A stretch of DNA of 64,000 nucleotides, from the NCBI RefSeq assembly GCF_009914755.1, contig NC_060940.1; one strand, written 5' to 3'. The translations under genes and the position numbers were made by a program. The first letter of the stretch is position 1, and each line of letters opens with the position of its first letter. The notes under the pieces are model-generated. The model saw nothing but the letters and a program-made list of their open reading frames with translations, made no database searches and was not told the DNA's origin. Origin of the DNA: the human T2T-CHM13v2.0 reference genome, Homo sapiens. Shown piece after piece: positions 27,057 to 46,934 of the stretch.

Positions 27057-28290
27057 TCACCCCCCTCGCCAAAAAACCACAAACACAATTACATCTGTGA
27101 CCAGTGGTATCGAGAAAGTCCAGGGCACAGTAGAAGGACAGCAAGATCGCCGTTCTGGAGCTCTAACACCATCTCTTCAAGCAAACCTGGGAGGAGGTGG
27201 CGGAAGAGTTAATGAGACCAGCAGGCAAAGGGAGGGATGGGGACAGCAGAGGGAACAGTGAGTACACAAGGCCTAAGGAAGGAGGGATGTGCCCCTGAGG
27301 GTGGCCAGATGGCAGCCTGGGGCCCTCACAGCGACCCAGCCACAGGGTTTGTTCCAGAGCTCAAATACCTCAGATCTCCAGGACAAGGATGACAAGGCCA
27401 GCTGGGCAGTGTCCCAGGCCCTTCTCCTCAGGCTTTAGGCTTCCCCAGGAGACCTCCGGCACCATTCAGCCTTGTTGCATTGTGGCACTTGGAAACAAAG
27501 ACAGCGGTCTTCTTTGCTTGACTGTCAATAGAATATTGGGAGAGCACAGGTCTCCCTGGGACCCTGCCTCGCCGCTGATGGCCTGCAGCCCTAGACAAAT
27601 TCCTCAACCTCTCTGAGCCTCAGTTTCCCCACGTGCAAAATGAGGTTCTTGGAAGGCTGAACAAAATCCCACATGTAGATGTCCAGGCTGTATTGCTGGA
27701 GACGCCTTCCATGAATTACTACGCAGATACCACCACCCATACAGAGCTGTGCTGTGCTCCTCCACATCACACTGCAAAGGAAGAAGGCAGAATAACAAGA
27801 TCTCAAACAGCAATGTTCCGCCTAATGAAGTACAGACTGGAGATTGCCAGCTGCACCCAAATCCACTCTCTCCCCCATTCTTGAATACAGAACTCCACTT
27901 TCACTCAGGGCAAGTCCATCAACCAAGAGGGTCCCCGAGCTTTCTTAGAGTGACAAAGCTTTGGCTAATGAGCTGTAAGCAGAAGTGTCCAGACCATAAG
28001 AAGGCATTCAGGGCAAGCCGACTCAGCCCGGAGCCAGGCCCTTCATCTTTCCTGCCTTCCTCCCATCTACCACCTGGAAGATAGATGCCATGGCTCCAGT
28101 AGCTGTGCTTCACCATGAGGGCCTTGGGATGGAGGCCAGTGCCTAGGACAGCCATGGGACACCACACCAGCAACTAACTGACCACCTCCCACATCTTCCA
28201 CATGAGTAATAAAACTTGGTTTACTGGTTAATTATTGGTAAATTATTTTCAGGTTAAGTATTAACAAGTGTCATTACAAATATACAGCAC

Positions 28291-28565
28291 AGACAGGTGC
28301 AGTGGCTCACACCTGTAATTCCAGCACTTTGGATGCCAAGGTGGGAGGACTGCTTAAAGCTAGGAGTTCAAGACCAGCCTGGGCAACATAACAAGATCCC
28401 ATCTCTACAAAAAAATAAAATTAGCCAGGTATGGTGATAGACACCTGTGGTCCCAGCTACTTGGGAGGCTGAGGCGGGAGGATTGTTCTAGCCCAGGGAT
28501 TCTAGGCTACAAAGAGCTATGTCACGCCAATGCACTCTAGCCTGGGCAACAGAGTGAGACTCTAT
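28291..28565 (+). mobile_element. AluJ
   Basis: Diverged Alu dimer. Confidence 0.85.
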
Positions 28566-29593
28566 CCCCCCTCCACCACAAAAATATATCTCTACAGTTC
28601 CTTAGGTCTGAAGGAACACAAGTTCTCTTCAAGTGATCCATGATCAAAAGGATCATGGCTTTCTTTAGGTCACATGACACAGCCTCAGCCAGTACAGAGG
28701 CCAAGGCATGGGGAATACTCCCTGGCGGGAAGGCTGGAGCAGATGCTTCCGTAGTTAAAACAGGCCCCGAGAGAAGTGCAGCTGGTTGCCTTGGAGCGAG
28801 GACACATTCTTCTGCAACTCCAGTGCTCATTTCAGCATGAGCACTGGCTCAAGGAGGAGCTGAGGAGGACGATGGCGTGCAGTGAACGTTAATAGAGCAT
28901 GCACTGTTTGGATGCAGGTGCCCAGCACAGGGACATGAAGGAAGTGCTCCAAGTGAGGAGGTGCTCAAAAGGGAGCCCCTGCTGTGAGACTGCTCCTGGG
29001 CCCCAAACCCTCTCCACTCCCCTCTCCACCATGCCCTATCCAAACCTGGGGCTAATCCAGCCACCCAAGTCCATGTGGGACCAGGCCAGGATTCCCTGTG
29101 GCCTTTCGCAGCTGACCAGAGGGACCCTATTCCCAACGCTGGGTGATGAGCAGGAAAGAGGAGGCCCTCCACAAAGGTCCACTCAGTTGCAGAGCAGCCT
29201 CTAGTGAGGCTGAGCCCTCCCAAGACTCAGGGAGGTTGCCAATGTGTCCCCTTCTCTGGGACCGTTGTCCTTGGCTGCCAAGTTCTAGCACAGGCAGGCC
29301 TGGAAAATCCTGAACATGGCCCATTTCCCATTGTCCTGATGGAGGCAGGACGAGACAGTCCCTCCCTCAGATAACATCGCGGGTGGCTCTGAACCATTTA
29401 TTTATTTTTACACTTGAAGATGGGTGTATCTGATGCCTTGGGAATTCTAAACACTTCAAAACAAGCTCAACTTAAGTCACAGAAAGGACCAGAAAACAGA
29501 TCTGGTTTTCCCATCTGCCAGCTCTCCTCCCACCCAACCCTACATGCTCCTCCTCGACCATGATGAGTCTCAGCGGAAATAAGACACCAGCCT

Positions 29594-31585
<1,992 letters not shown>

Positions 31586-31701
31586 AATGATATAGATTTT
31601 TATTGACATAGAAAAATGGTTTTAATATAGCAGTGAGTGAAGAATAAAAAAGCAGTAGCACAGTGTGATTCTTCTTTAGATGTATTTACATACGTAACAC
31701 A

Positions 31702-31846
31702 TTTTTTGTCTTTGTTTTTTCCTTTTTGTGGAGAACAGCGTCCTGATATATTGCCCAGGCAGGTCTCGAACTCCTGAGCTCAAGCTATCCTCCAGCCTCT
31801 GCCTCGCTAAGAGCTGGGATTACAGGCGTGAGCCACTGCACTCTTC
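31702..31846 (-). pseudogene. BC200 (BCYRN1)-type retrocopy
   Basis: Reverse complement has BC200-diagnostic CCCAGCTCT, GGATAGCTTGAGC, GAGACCTGCCTGGGCAATATA and GTTCTCCAcAAAAAGGAAAAAACAAAGACAAAAAA; TSD of about 13 bp. Confidence 0.82.
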
Positions 31847-32004
31847 CATAACACATATTAACAGTTTTTCTGGGCAGTAGGAGTTTAGGGGATTTGTTTA
31901 TATGTAAGTACACATACAGAAACGTTCTACTGATGTGGAGTTTCTAGTTTTTTAATGGTAGGCAGCACCTTTACATGACTCCTTCCTCAAAATGCTCATT
32001 ATAA

Positions 32005-32467
<463 letters not shown>

Positions 32468-33838
32468 TATATATATACTACTCCTCATACTCCTCAATCC
32501 AGAAACACACCTCAGACTATAATCTAATTTCACCTACAGGAGAAAATGCTCTGCAGAGCAAGCCAGAGGCCTGGACTGGTTAGTGGCCTCCTCTCCAAAG
32601 CCAGCCCCTTATGGCCATAGGTCTCCCATGAGTTTGGTCAAATGAGTCAGTTCTGCCAGATCACCTCCCGGTACTCCAGGCAAATGGAAAGTTTAGATCT
32701 GTAAAGTTGGAATGTAATGACCTCACAGTCCTGCTAGCCTAGGAGACCCCGCCAGGAGACCCAGCAGGAGGTCACCTGACCAAAGAGGGCTGGTAAGAAA
32801 GTCCCCGTTGGATGCATAATAAAAACGAGTGATAGAGCCCATGCTGAGGACACAGCCCCGGCCTCCCAACTCGCCCAGTGATCTCGCCAGGACTCTGAAC
32901 TACCTCCCAGGCAGAACGCTGCTCAAGAGCTTGTTCCTGCATGCTCTCCTGCTAGCAGAGAAAATGAAGGAAGCACAGACAGGAGGGGAAATGCAGAGCA
33001 AAAGGAAAAAATCAGACACAGCTCAACCACAAGTGAATAAACAAGTCATCTGCACCTGTCCCACAGGCAGGCCTTGGTAACTACAAGGCTGACTAATTTT
33101 AGAAACAGCATGAACCTAAAGAACCATCATTTAAGTGCTCAAAATGGAGCCCTTAAAAAAAATCCTTCTGTCTGCCTGTACTGAGCAGACACAAAATGGA
33201 CAGTCTTGGGTTGACTCTATTCAACCAGCTGTCTGTTGGATGAGATCAAGACACACCACTGCAACCTACAAAAAAGCACCAGGCCGTTAAGTGCAGTCAA
33301 GACACGTGGCCACTCACGGCCACCCAGGTGGAAGAGTCTTAATTCAGACACAAATGTCTCCTGGCCGTCCTTAGCCAGGGAGCTGGGCTCTGCCCGCGGC
33401 CAGGTCTTGCCTGAGTCCCCCTATTCCGTGGGTCGGGGTGGGATGTGGAAAAGCAAACCTCTAGGCTTTCTTCCTCCAAATGTGTCAGTCACCATACATA
33501 CCTGTACACAGAAGCTCCCCCTCCAGCAATTTTCCCTCAGAACAGTGAAGACAGTGGCTCATCCCTGCGACATTTAGATCTCTCATGTTACAGGGCATTC
33601 TTTCAATTATTTTGAAGACATTTCTGATGGGTGAAGAAAGCGCTCTAGGAACTGAGAGTGGGAATCTAATTTGTATTTTACACTACATTAGATGCAACAG
33701 TATATAGCATATGGAAATTAGTTAACTGAGTTTCTATCACTCTTAGTTGGCATCTGACCCTAAGAATTCACTTACATTGGTTGGGTGTGAAACAAACTGA
33801 ATTAGTAGTTTACACTGCATTATATGAAACAGTATATA

Positions 33839-34387
<549 letters not shown>

Positions 34388-34478
34388 CTAAGTCAACATC
34401 TGGCCCTGAGTTCACTCATGCTGGCTGGGACAGAAGACTTATTCTGGAAGCTTGGGAAAACAGGAGCTCACGTCATGA

Positions 34479-34926
<448 letters not shown>

Positions 34927-37402
34927 AGAGAACACCTTTTGGAGGTTGCAAGGCCATCAGAGATGACTGGGTCCAAGTCTAAGCTGCCATTCATTTCTGT
35001 CTTAAATGTTTACTAAGCACCCATGGAAGACAGGTGCCCTGTGAAGTGCTGGAGATGACGGTGGGCGAGCAAGCAGTGGCACAGAGTGGGGAGCAGTCTC
35101 CGAGGAGAGAAGTGGCTGCCCCGGGCACCCCAGCTGCCTGGAGATGACAGAGCCAAGACAGGACCTCAGCTGTCCTGACTCTCTCCTTCCACATCACTGT
35201 CAGCCCTGTTTCTTTTCTCACACATTCTCCAGAAATGGTTTTCAAAATACACTTGAGTGGGATCTCACACTCCCAATAAAGTGCTTCACACAGTGTAGCT
35301 CACACAGTGCAGTTCCTTCACATGCGTTCCATTTACATAGATTTCATGGTACCCAGGACAAAAAGCTGAAGTGGCAGTGCCCGGTCCCCTGCTTTCCCTG
35401 GGGAGGGAAATGGGACACAGAACGTGCTGTTTCCTCAGGCCCCGCTGGGCCTCTAGCAGGGGGAGTGCCTCTGAGCTAATAGGCAATTCAAGGACTTTAG
35501 AGGACAGTTTGACTTATGAGGTCTTTGCTCTGCTAGTTGACTTTAGAACCTAACCCACTGAATGTGTACTGAAGAATTCAACACAGCATGCAAATCAGCA
35601 CCCCCAACACTCAGGCAATGACGGAGCACATGAAGACCACGGTCCCTGCGTCTTGGCTCTTAGGAAGATGAGACGGCTGAAATGCAGGCATGGTGTATCA
35701 TTTTATTCAACCAATAAGTATGGACCACACACTATGCGTGAGGCATTTCCTAGGCACTGAAGATGGCAGATCAACGTCTGTCTTAATGGCAGGCAGCTTC
35801 AGTGGGGGGCTGAGTAGAGGGCATAAAATACAGAAATAAAACATCGGGCCTGGCACAGAACAAAGCGTGGCATGGAAGAAGGAAGAACAAGGAAGTGGTT
35901 GCCGCAGGGCTGCAGTTGTCACCAGGGATAGCTCCACTGAGCAGGGAACACTCCGTGTTGGAGGATGGGTGAGCCGGCTCCTCTGGCCACAGCAGGATGC
36001 CCACTTTTACCCTGATAAGCCGAGAGGCTTGCAGAGAGCTTGGGAAATCATTTCGCCCCACGACTCTCCATTTTCCGCACTCACCTGCCATGCTAATCCA
36101 GTTCTCCAAAGTTCTGACATCAAGTAGGTGGCTCCTAGAGCTGGGGAGCCTGAGAGCACTCGGCTACCACCTCCAGCAGGTATAGTTCCTTTTTGGCCAA
36201 TTTTACTGGGGCCACAGAGAAATGCGTCATGGTGTGGCCACTGTCCCTGCAAAGCAGCTAAACACACACCACAGAACCTGAGCTTGACCATGCTGGGGAC
36301 AGAAACTAAGGCCTGAGGTCAGGTGACACAAAATGCCTGGGGAATCTGAGATCTGAGAAGTGCTCACTTGAGGCCTTCTCCCCTGAACAGGGCAGGACTC
36401 TTCAGGTTCAAGGATGAGGCCGTTTCACTCAGCAGAGCCATCACCATCCAAGTTCCTCTCTTTTTTGTTTAAGTGACTACCTGTTTGAAAAGACTCATCA
36501 GACCCTCCATGGAGGTCACTCACCTCATGGTCCCTGCCCTCAGGGAGCTGCAGATCTACCTGGCAAGACAAGTGACACTTGAGAAGAACTTATAAAAAAT
36601 ACACAGGCAAGCCCAGCAGGAGCTGTCGCCTCTGTGACAGCAGGTGCTCCAGCAGAGAAAAGGTGAGGCCTGTCATGGGCTTCACAGCCCTGCAGGGAGG
36701 TGGCCAGGGAATTCTGGGTCTAGGGCAATGGAGTCACTCATAACATGCAGAATTAGAAAGTTGTGATCAAGGCCATCTCCCAGTCAGACCCATAGCTCCT
36801 GCAGGGCAGGGTCAGACCTTGGGGCCAGTTTCTCCAGGGCACCGGGCAGCCTGTGAAACATGGGTTAGTGGGTGGATGGGCTGCAGCTTGGCTGCTGCTC
36901 TAGGCAGGAACTCTGCTCTCCAGCCAGAGGACCCTTCTGTTCACTTCACTCCCATTGCCAAACTGGATGGCTGAGAGGCGCTCCAGACCTTTCTCGTCTC
37001 CTTAAACCATGACCAGTCAGCAAGTCCTACTAACTCCATGGTTCAAAGGCCCTCAGATCCACTATCTCATCTAACAGTCAAGGGTGACAGGGAAGAGTCT
37101 GGACTTGGACCATATCCCAGATCTACCACCGGATCGTAACTCACACTCCTCCAAACTATCTCATCCCCCCACCCTTCCCAAGCCCACCCCCGTACTCTTT
37201 CCCTGGCCTCCAAACACGCCCACACCCCACTTCCCTGCAAACCTGGGCCTTCCTGAGGATTCTGCTGCCAGGGGATTCTCTGTCCCTTGTCTTATCTCCC
37301 CTCAAGAATCCTGGGACTCTCCCACTTGTATTGTTGGGCCCTGCTTGGTGCCTAGTCCATGTGTGTTGAAGAAATGAGTGCACAGGTTTGGGGTTGACCT
37401 AA

Positions 37403-38485
<1,083 letters not shown>

Positions 38486-41057
38486 TGCATGTTAATCAGA
38501 ATTGTGACAACCAAGCTCGCTTTCTTCCTGAAGTAATACGGGTTGAAATTCTCCCTAAACCCTCCCAAGGCAGCTCTCGCACTCTTCTCTACCTACTTCC
38601 ACCTTTCTTGGCCTCTTTTCCTTCTTGGGGGAAAAACCCAGACACTGGGACTAGATCTGAATTCAGACTTAATTAGCATTGATTGAACAATTACATCTCA
38701 GGAAGACCCTCAGTGTTTACTGAACCCCCATTACACCTCCTTGCAGTAAGAATCGATGGTACTGAATCACTCAATGTACAGACCAAGCCAGGTCTCACCC
38801 ACAAATCAGGAGCACTGAAAAGGTGACAAGAAATGTTTCCTGGAAAAATGGTCCAGTATTACCAAAAATGCATCACAACTGCTTTCAAGGAAAGAATCAG
38901 AATGCTGCTGGACCCCCTCACCCTGCACTGCAGGCTCTGTATTGGTTTTGCTTTGTCTGCCGTCAGGGACCCTTCATCTCTTCAGCGCTAACAGCAGATG
39001 CAGGCCTTCCTGTGGCCTGGGTGATGCTCTTCACCTATCACAGACGCGGCCAGCAAGGCCTGTCTGTCACACAGCTTCAACATGACAGAGAGGTCTCCAC
39101 GTCTAGGCAGCCCTGGTCCCAGGACACCACCAATGTCATGGACCACTGCCTGATGACTCACAGAGTAGGAGAAGTGGTGACCGGGGCCATCAGGCCCACG
39201 GGTTCAGGAGCCACCAGACCAGTGTCTCCAAGAGTGGACAGCCCTCTGGGCATGGGGAGGTTCTGGCCCAGGCCCTAGGCGCCTCCACCTCTGCTGCACT
39301 GTATTGCAAGGTAGCCTTTACCACCTCCCACAGAGACTGTGGCTTGGAGACTCCTGACTAGGCAGAGACAGAAACAGAAACTTTTTGTGGGATCCTAGAA
39401 AGGGGCACATTTCCATTTTGAGTAATCTATTTCCAAGTCCCCTCGTGGGGGAAAGGGAACCTCCTGTCACCACTGCCGGCCTGGCTCTCTCTCTCCATCC
39501 TCCCCATGGAGCGCCAAGGTCCTCTGCAGAGCTCTCCCTGCCTGCCACCTTCTCACCAGCACTTCCTCCACCTACAGGACAGTGACATGCTATAAAATGC
39601 CACAACTTTAACTACCATATTTCCCTGTGTCTTCTATGAGTAAAAACATGTCCTTACCCTTGGAACCATGTTCCTCAAAGTGGAGACAAATTTTCACAGG
39701 GCCTATCTTTTCTCTCCCACTCAGGCAACTGAGTAGGGTGAAGGGCTGGTGTTTGTGGCTAAGGAACAAAGTACCTGGGCCCAAGGGTCTCAAAGCCACG
39801 GCCTCTAGTCCATCAACACCATGAGCTAAATTGCACTACACACCCCAGTTCCCCTAGACCTTAGAAAACACACACTGAACTGGTAGGTTCAACCTGGACA
39901 AGCTTACAGTGTAAAGAGCCGACAGGGAGTTGCAAGCTGATGACTAGCTTCAATTATTGCCAACGTGATCTGCTGGGGCAAGCTGGCCTTCGGGACGCAT
40001 TCCGTTAGCTCCTTCTCAAAACAATTTTGTTCCCTGAAGTATTACTTTACATCATACAGTCAATGTTCTGCTCTTATGGTGATTCTAGAACCACGGCTGG
40101 CTGCTCTTAAATCCTTGTAAGAACTTGGGCACGGTAGCTCCTGCCTGTAATCCCAGCACTTTGGGAGGGTGAGGCAAGAGGATCACTTGAGCCCAGGAGT
40201 TAGAGACCAGCTGGGCAAAATAATGACATGCCATCTCTACAAAAAAAAAAAAAATTAGCCGGGCATGGTGGGGCATGCCTGTAGTTCCAGGTACTCAGGA
40301 GGATCGCTGGAGACAAGGAGTTCAAGGCTGCAGTGAACGTCGTGACGGCACCGCTGCACTCCAGCATGGGCCACAGAGCAAGACCCTGGCTCTAAATAAA
40401 TAAATGAACCTTTGTAAGAGAACCTGTAAAGCTCTTCCCTGGTTCTCCCATCCTGTGGAAAACCTCCGAACTCCTTCAAATTCTCAAGGGTGAGAGACGG
40501 ATTTCTAAATACACAGGGCTTCCATTAAGGTAAAAACCATTAAGAAGATAAAAAAGTCAAACCCAATAAACAACAATTCTAAGACTCTAATTAATGACAT
40601 GCATGCTTATTTGGGAGGGAAAGGCACTGATATCTGCAACTTACTTTGACACAAAAAACAAGAGGGACTGCTGGTTGGACAAATATGTGATGAAATACAA
40701 TAAAGTGTTAACTCTACATTCTAGGTGGTGGTCTGTGGGTGTTCACTGTAAAATTCCTTCAACTTTTGTATGTTTCACGTTTTTCGTAACTGAATGTGTA
40801 GAGGGGGAGTCTTCTGAGACTGGCAAGTGACTGGGCATAACCTTTCCGATTAAGGGCAGAGGGCAACGCAGAGCTGGCACGCCTCCCTCCACCCAGTTCT
40901 ACCTAGATCGGCCCCAAGGGAAGCAGCAAAGAACCCAGGAGAGCAGTAACTTGCCCGGGCACCGCCCCGCCCAGCATCAGGCCCCAGAATACAGAAGAAA
41001 CTGGCAGAAACACTATGGAACGTCCCTGCCCCCGGGCCCGCCATCCCCCTCACTGGG

Positions 41058-41232
41058 ACAGGTTCTCAGCCCCAGCTGCGCCCGGGAATGATCTGGGGAG
41101 CCTACTAAATGCAGATTCCTGGGCAGCGCGACGGAACTACAGCATCCCAACACCTGGGGTGGGCCCCAGGAATCTGCCCGTTTCCCAAGAGCCCCAGGTG
41201 GTTCTGACGCAGAGGATCTTGAGCCCACCTTT
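41058..41232. mobile_element. MER5A/B-like hAT MITE at the edge of the CpG island
   Basis: ggttctca...aaatgcagattcctggg...ggggtgggccccaggaatctg...ccccaggtggttctga pattern. Confidence 0.65.
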
Positions 41233-41329
41233 GGAGGAACTCACAGCCACTCGCCCCACCTCATCTAACACCTGTTGAGAAGCCCCCCAAGGAACTCGCT
41301 AAGCCAAGGTCCTCGAAGGCGCGACTCCT

Positions 41330-42460
41330 AGCCCAAAGCTAGGCCAGGCCGTCGCCATCTCCGCCGGGGATGCGCGGCCGAGCGCCACATCCCGACTCCA
41401 CACGTCGGCGAGCCGGGCGCGGGTGCAGGACACTGCTGGGCTCCGGGACGGCCAAGGTCACCCGCGGGGCTCGGCAGGGGCTGGCTCGGCCACGGGGCTC
41501 CTCCTCGACCCCCTTTCCTTGAGAAAACAACTCCCACCCCTCCCCTCCCCGTCTCGCCCTGCAAGACGGAGATGGCAATTTCCACAACCTTCCCTGACGG
41601 AAAAACGTGCGGGCGAGCAGGCTGCCATTCCGGGCGCACAACCCCGCGGCACACAGCGGGGCGCCCGCCCGGGCCCCGCCACCGCAGCGGCTTCGACATC
41701 CCCAGGGCCGCGCTAGGTCTCGGCAGCGCCCTGAGGGGAGGACGGGCCCCGCCATGCCGCGCCCCAACCGCCGGCCCCGCTTTACCTCCAGAAGCCGGGT
41801 GCCCGAGGCCGGCCGAAAGCGGAGAGGGGCCCGGGTCCGGACAGGCGCCGGCAGAACAAGACCCTCAGCCCCGCGCGGCTTTGCGCGCACAACGAAACCC
41901 CCCAACCCACCGCCCACCCCACCGCCCAGAGGCTTCTAGGACTTGTAGTCCGCCCGGTCACCCCCCCCACCACAACCCGCTCTGAGAGGCTGGGGACTAC
42001 GGTGCCCGGCATGCACCGCCCAGGCGCCGCGGGCGGGGGCGGGGAGGGGGCGCCACGGTCCGAGGTCACGCCCCGACCTGAGGAGAGCTGGCGCCCAGAC
42101 CCTTCCCCCGGGGAGGAGGGCTCCCGCGCGAAGCCGTCTCCGAATGCGTCCAGTCGACTCACCGTCCCCGCAGCCCTGGGGCAGCGGCCGCAACAGCAGG
42201 ACCGAACGCCTCGGCAGCTGGCAGTCGCACTTCTGTCACAAGGAGGCGGGTAGACTTTGGACCAGGGCCGAGGCCCGGGACGTCACGGTGGGGGGTGGGG
42301 TCTCGGGAGGCACGTGATGCGCCGTGATGACGTCAGTGGGAGCGGAGGCGATTTGGCCTAGAGCTGGGGCTGAGCACGTGGGATGGTCGGGGCCTGTTTG
42401 CCCAATGTACACGAGGCTGGAGAATAGGGAAAGAACCGTCCCTGTGAGCGCCTCCTCTTC
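41330..42460. promoter_or_regulatory. CDIP1: CpG island / CDIP1 promoter with GC boxes, CRE TGACGTCA (42328-42335), E-boxes CACGTG (42311-42316, 42375-42380) and ZNF143-type motifs (41931-41951, 41995-42019)
   Basis: Very high GC and CpG density against a CpG-depleted background; motifs read directly. Confidence 0.9.
42163..42240 (-). other. CDIP1: CDIP1 non-coding exon 1 (TSS approximate)
   Basis: Strong donor ACG|gtgagt at 42163/42162 inside the CpG island, just downstream of a cluster of promoter motifs. Confidence 0.8.
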
Positions 42461-42590
42461 ACTCATGCCAGCAACAGGGCAGGGCATCTTCCTCCAGGGC
42501 TGCATTTTTTCTTTTATGCGACTAATATTTATTGAGTTTGGGAGGTGCATTACATAAAACCTTGAACCACACGGTCACTGTCCCTGCGCT

Positions 42591-43605
<1,015 letters not shown>

Positions 43606-43898
43606 TGCTCAGGTACTTCCTTTGTTACAGACAGTATACAAGGAAACCACAAAATGCCCAGGACTGTGAAGGAGAGGAAGGGACGCCCTAACAGAGTTAC
43701 GGGGTGGTGCCACTAGACAGGTTGGTTAGAAAAGGCCTCTCAGAGGAGGCGATGCTGAGGCAGGGGCATGAAATTGAAAAGACATTCTATTCTGGAAGGG
43801 CATTCCAGAGGGAGGGATTGCCTTGGGTGAGAGAGTCAGAAAGGTGAGGATGTCAGTGGGGCAGGCTGGATCCAAGTCATGTTGAGATTTGTAGGTCA

Positions 43899-44672
<774 letters not shown>

Positions 44673-44728
44673 TGGATTTTATTTCAAGTGGAATTTAAAG
44701 CCCTTGAAGAGTTTTAAGCAGTAGAGTT

Positions 44729-45436
<708 letters not shown>

Positions 45437-45519
45437 TGATTCGATTGACATTTCACAGGATCATCTGACTACAGTGTGGAGAATGGTTTAGACCAAGAGA
45501 GGCAAATAGAAGGCTGGGC

Positions 45520-46418
<899 letters not shown>

Positions 46419-46934
46419 CTAGAATATTTATTCATTTACTCATTTGACCAAGCAAGGTCCTGTTCTAGGCCTGGAAATACACAAAATGGAATAAAGCCCC
46501 ATCTCTGTCCTCAAAGCGCACACAGTCCAGCACGGGAGACTAATATAATAGCTTATGTTCAAGATGTCAAAACAGAGTGCTTTGAGAGTTCAGGAGAGGG
46601 AGTGCCCGAACAAGGAAGGCTTCAGAGAGGAGGACGTTTAAGTTGGGGCTTGAAGGATGTGTAGGATTCCCCAGGTGAAAGAAGTGGGGTAGGGTACTCC
46701 AAGTAGTTAGAGCTGCTAATGCAAAGTTGCAGAGAAATGAAACACAGAGTGTGTGGGGAAATGCAAGCAGTTCTGTATGGTTGGGTGGTAGGATATGAAA
46801 GAGGAGGGCAGAGGGTGAGGAAAGATGAGGGCCTTATAGACCAATCTGTGGAATTTAGACTGTATCCTATTGGGTAGGTAGTGGGTGATGTAATGTTGAG
46901 AATTTTGGGCTGAGTAATATGACTAGATTCTTGT

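Noticed and set aside
41328-42550. ORFs up to 192 aa in the CpG island
   Set aside because: Arg/Gly/Pro/Ala-rich GC artefacts without domain signal.
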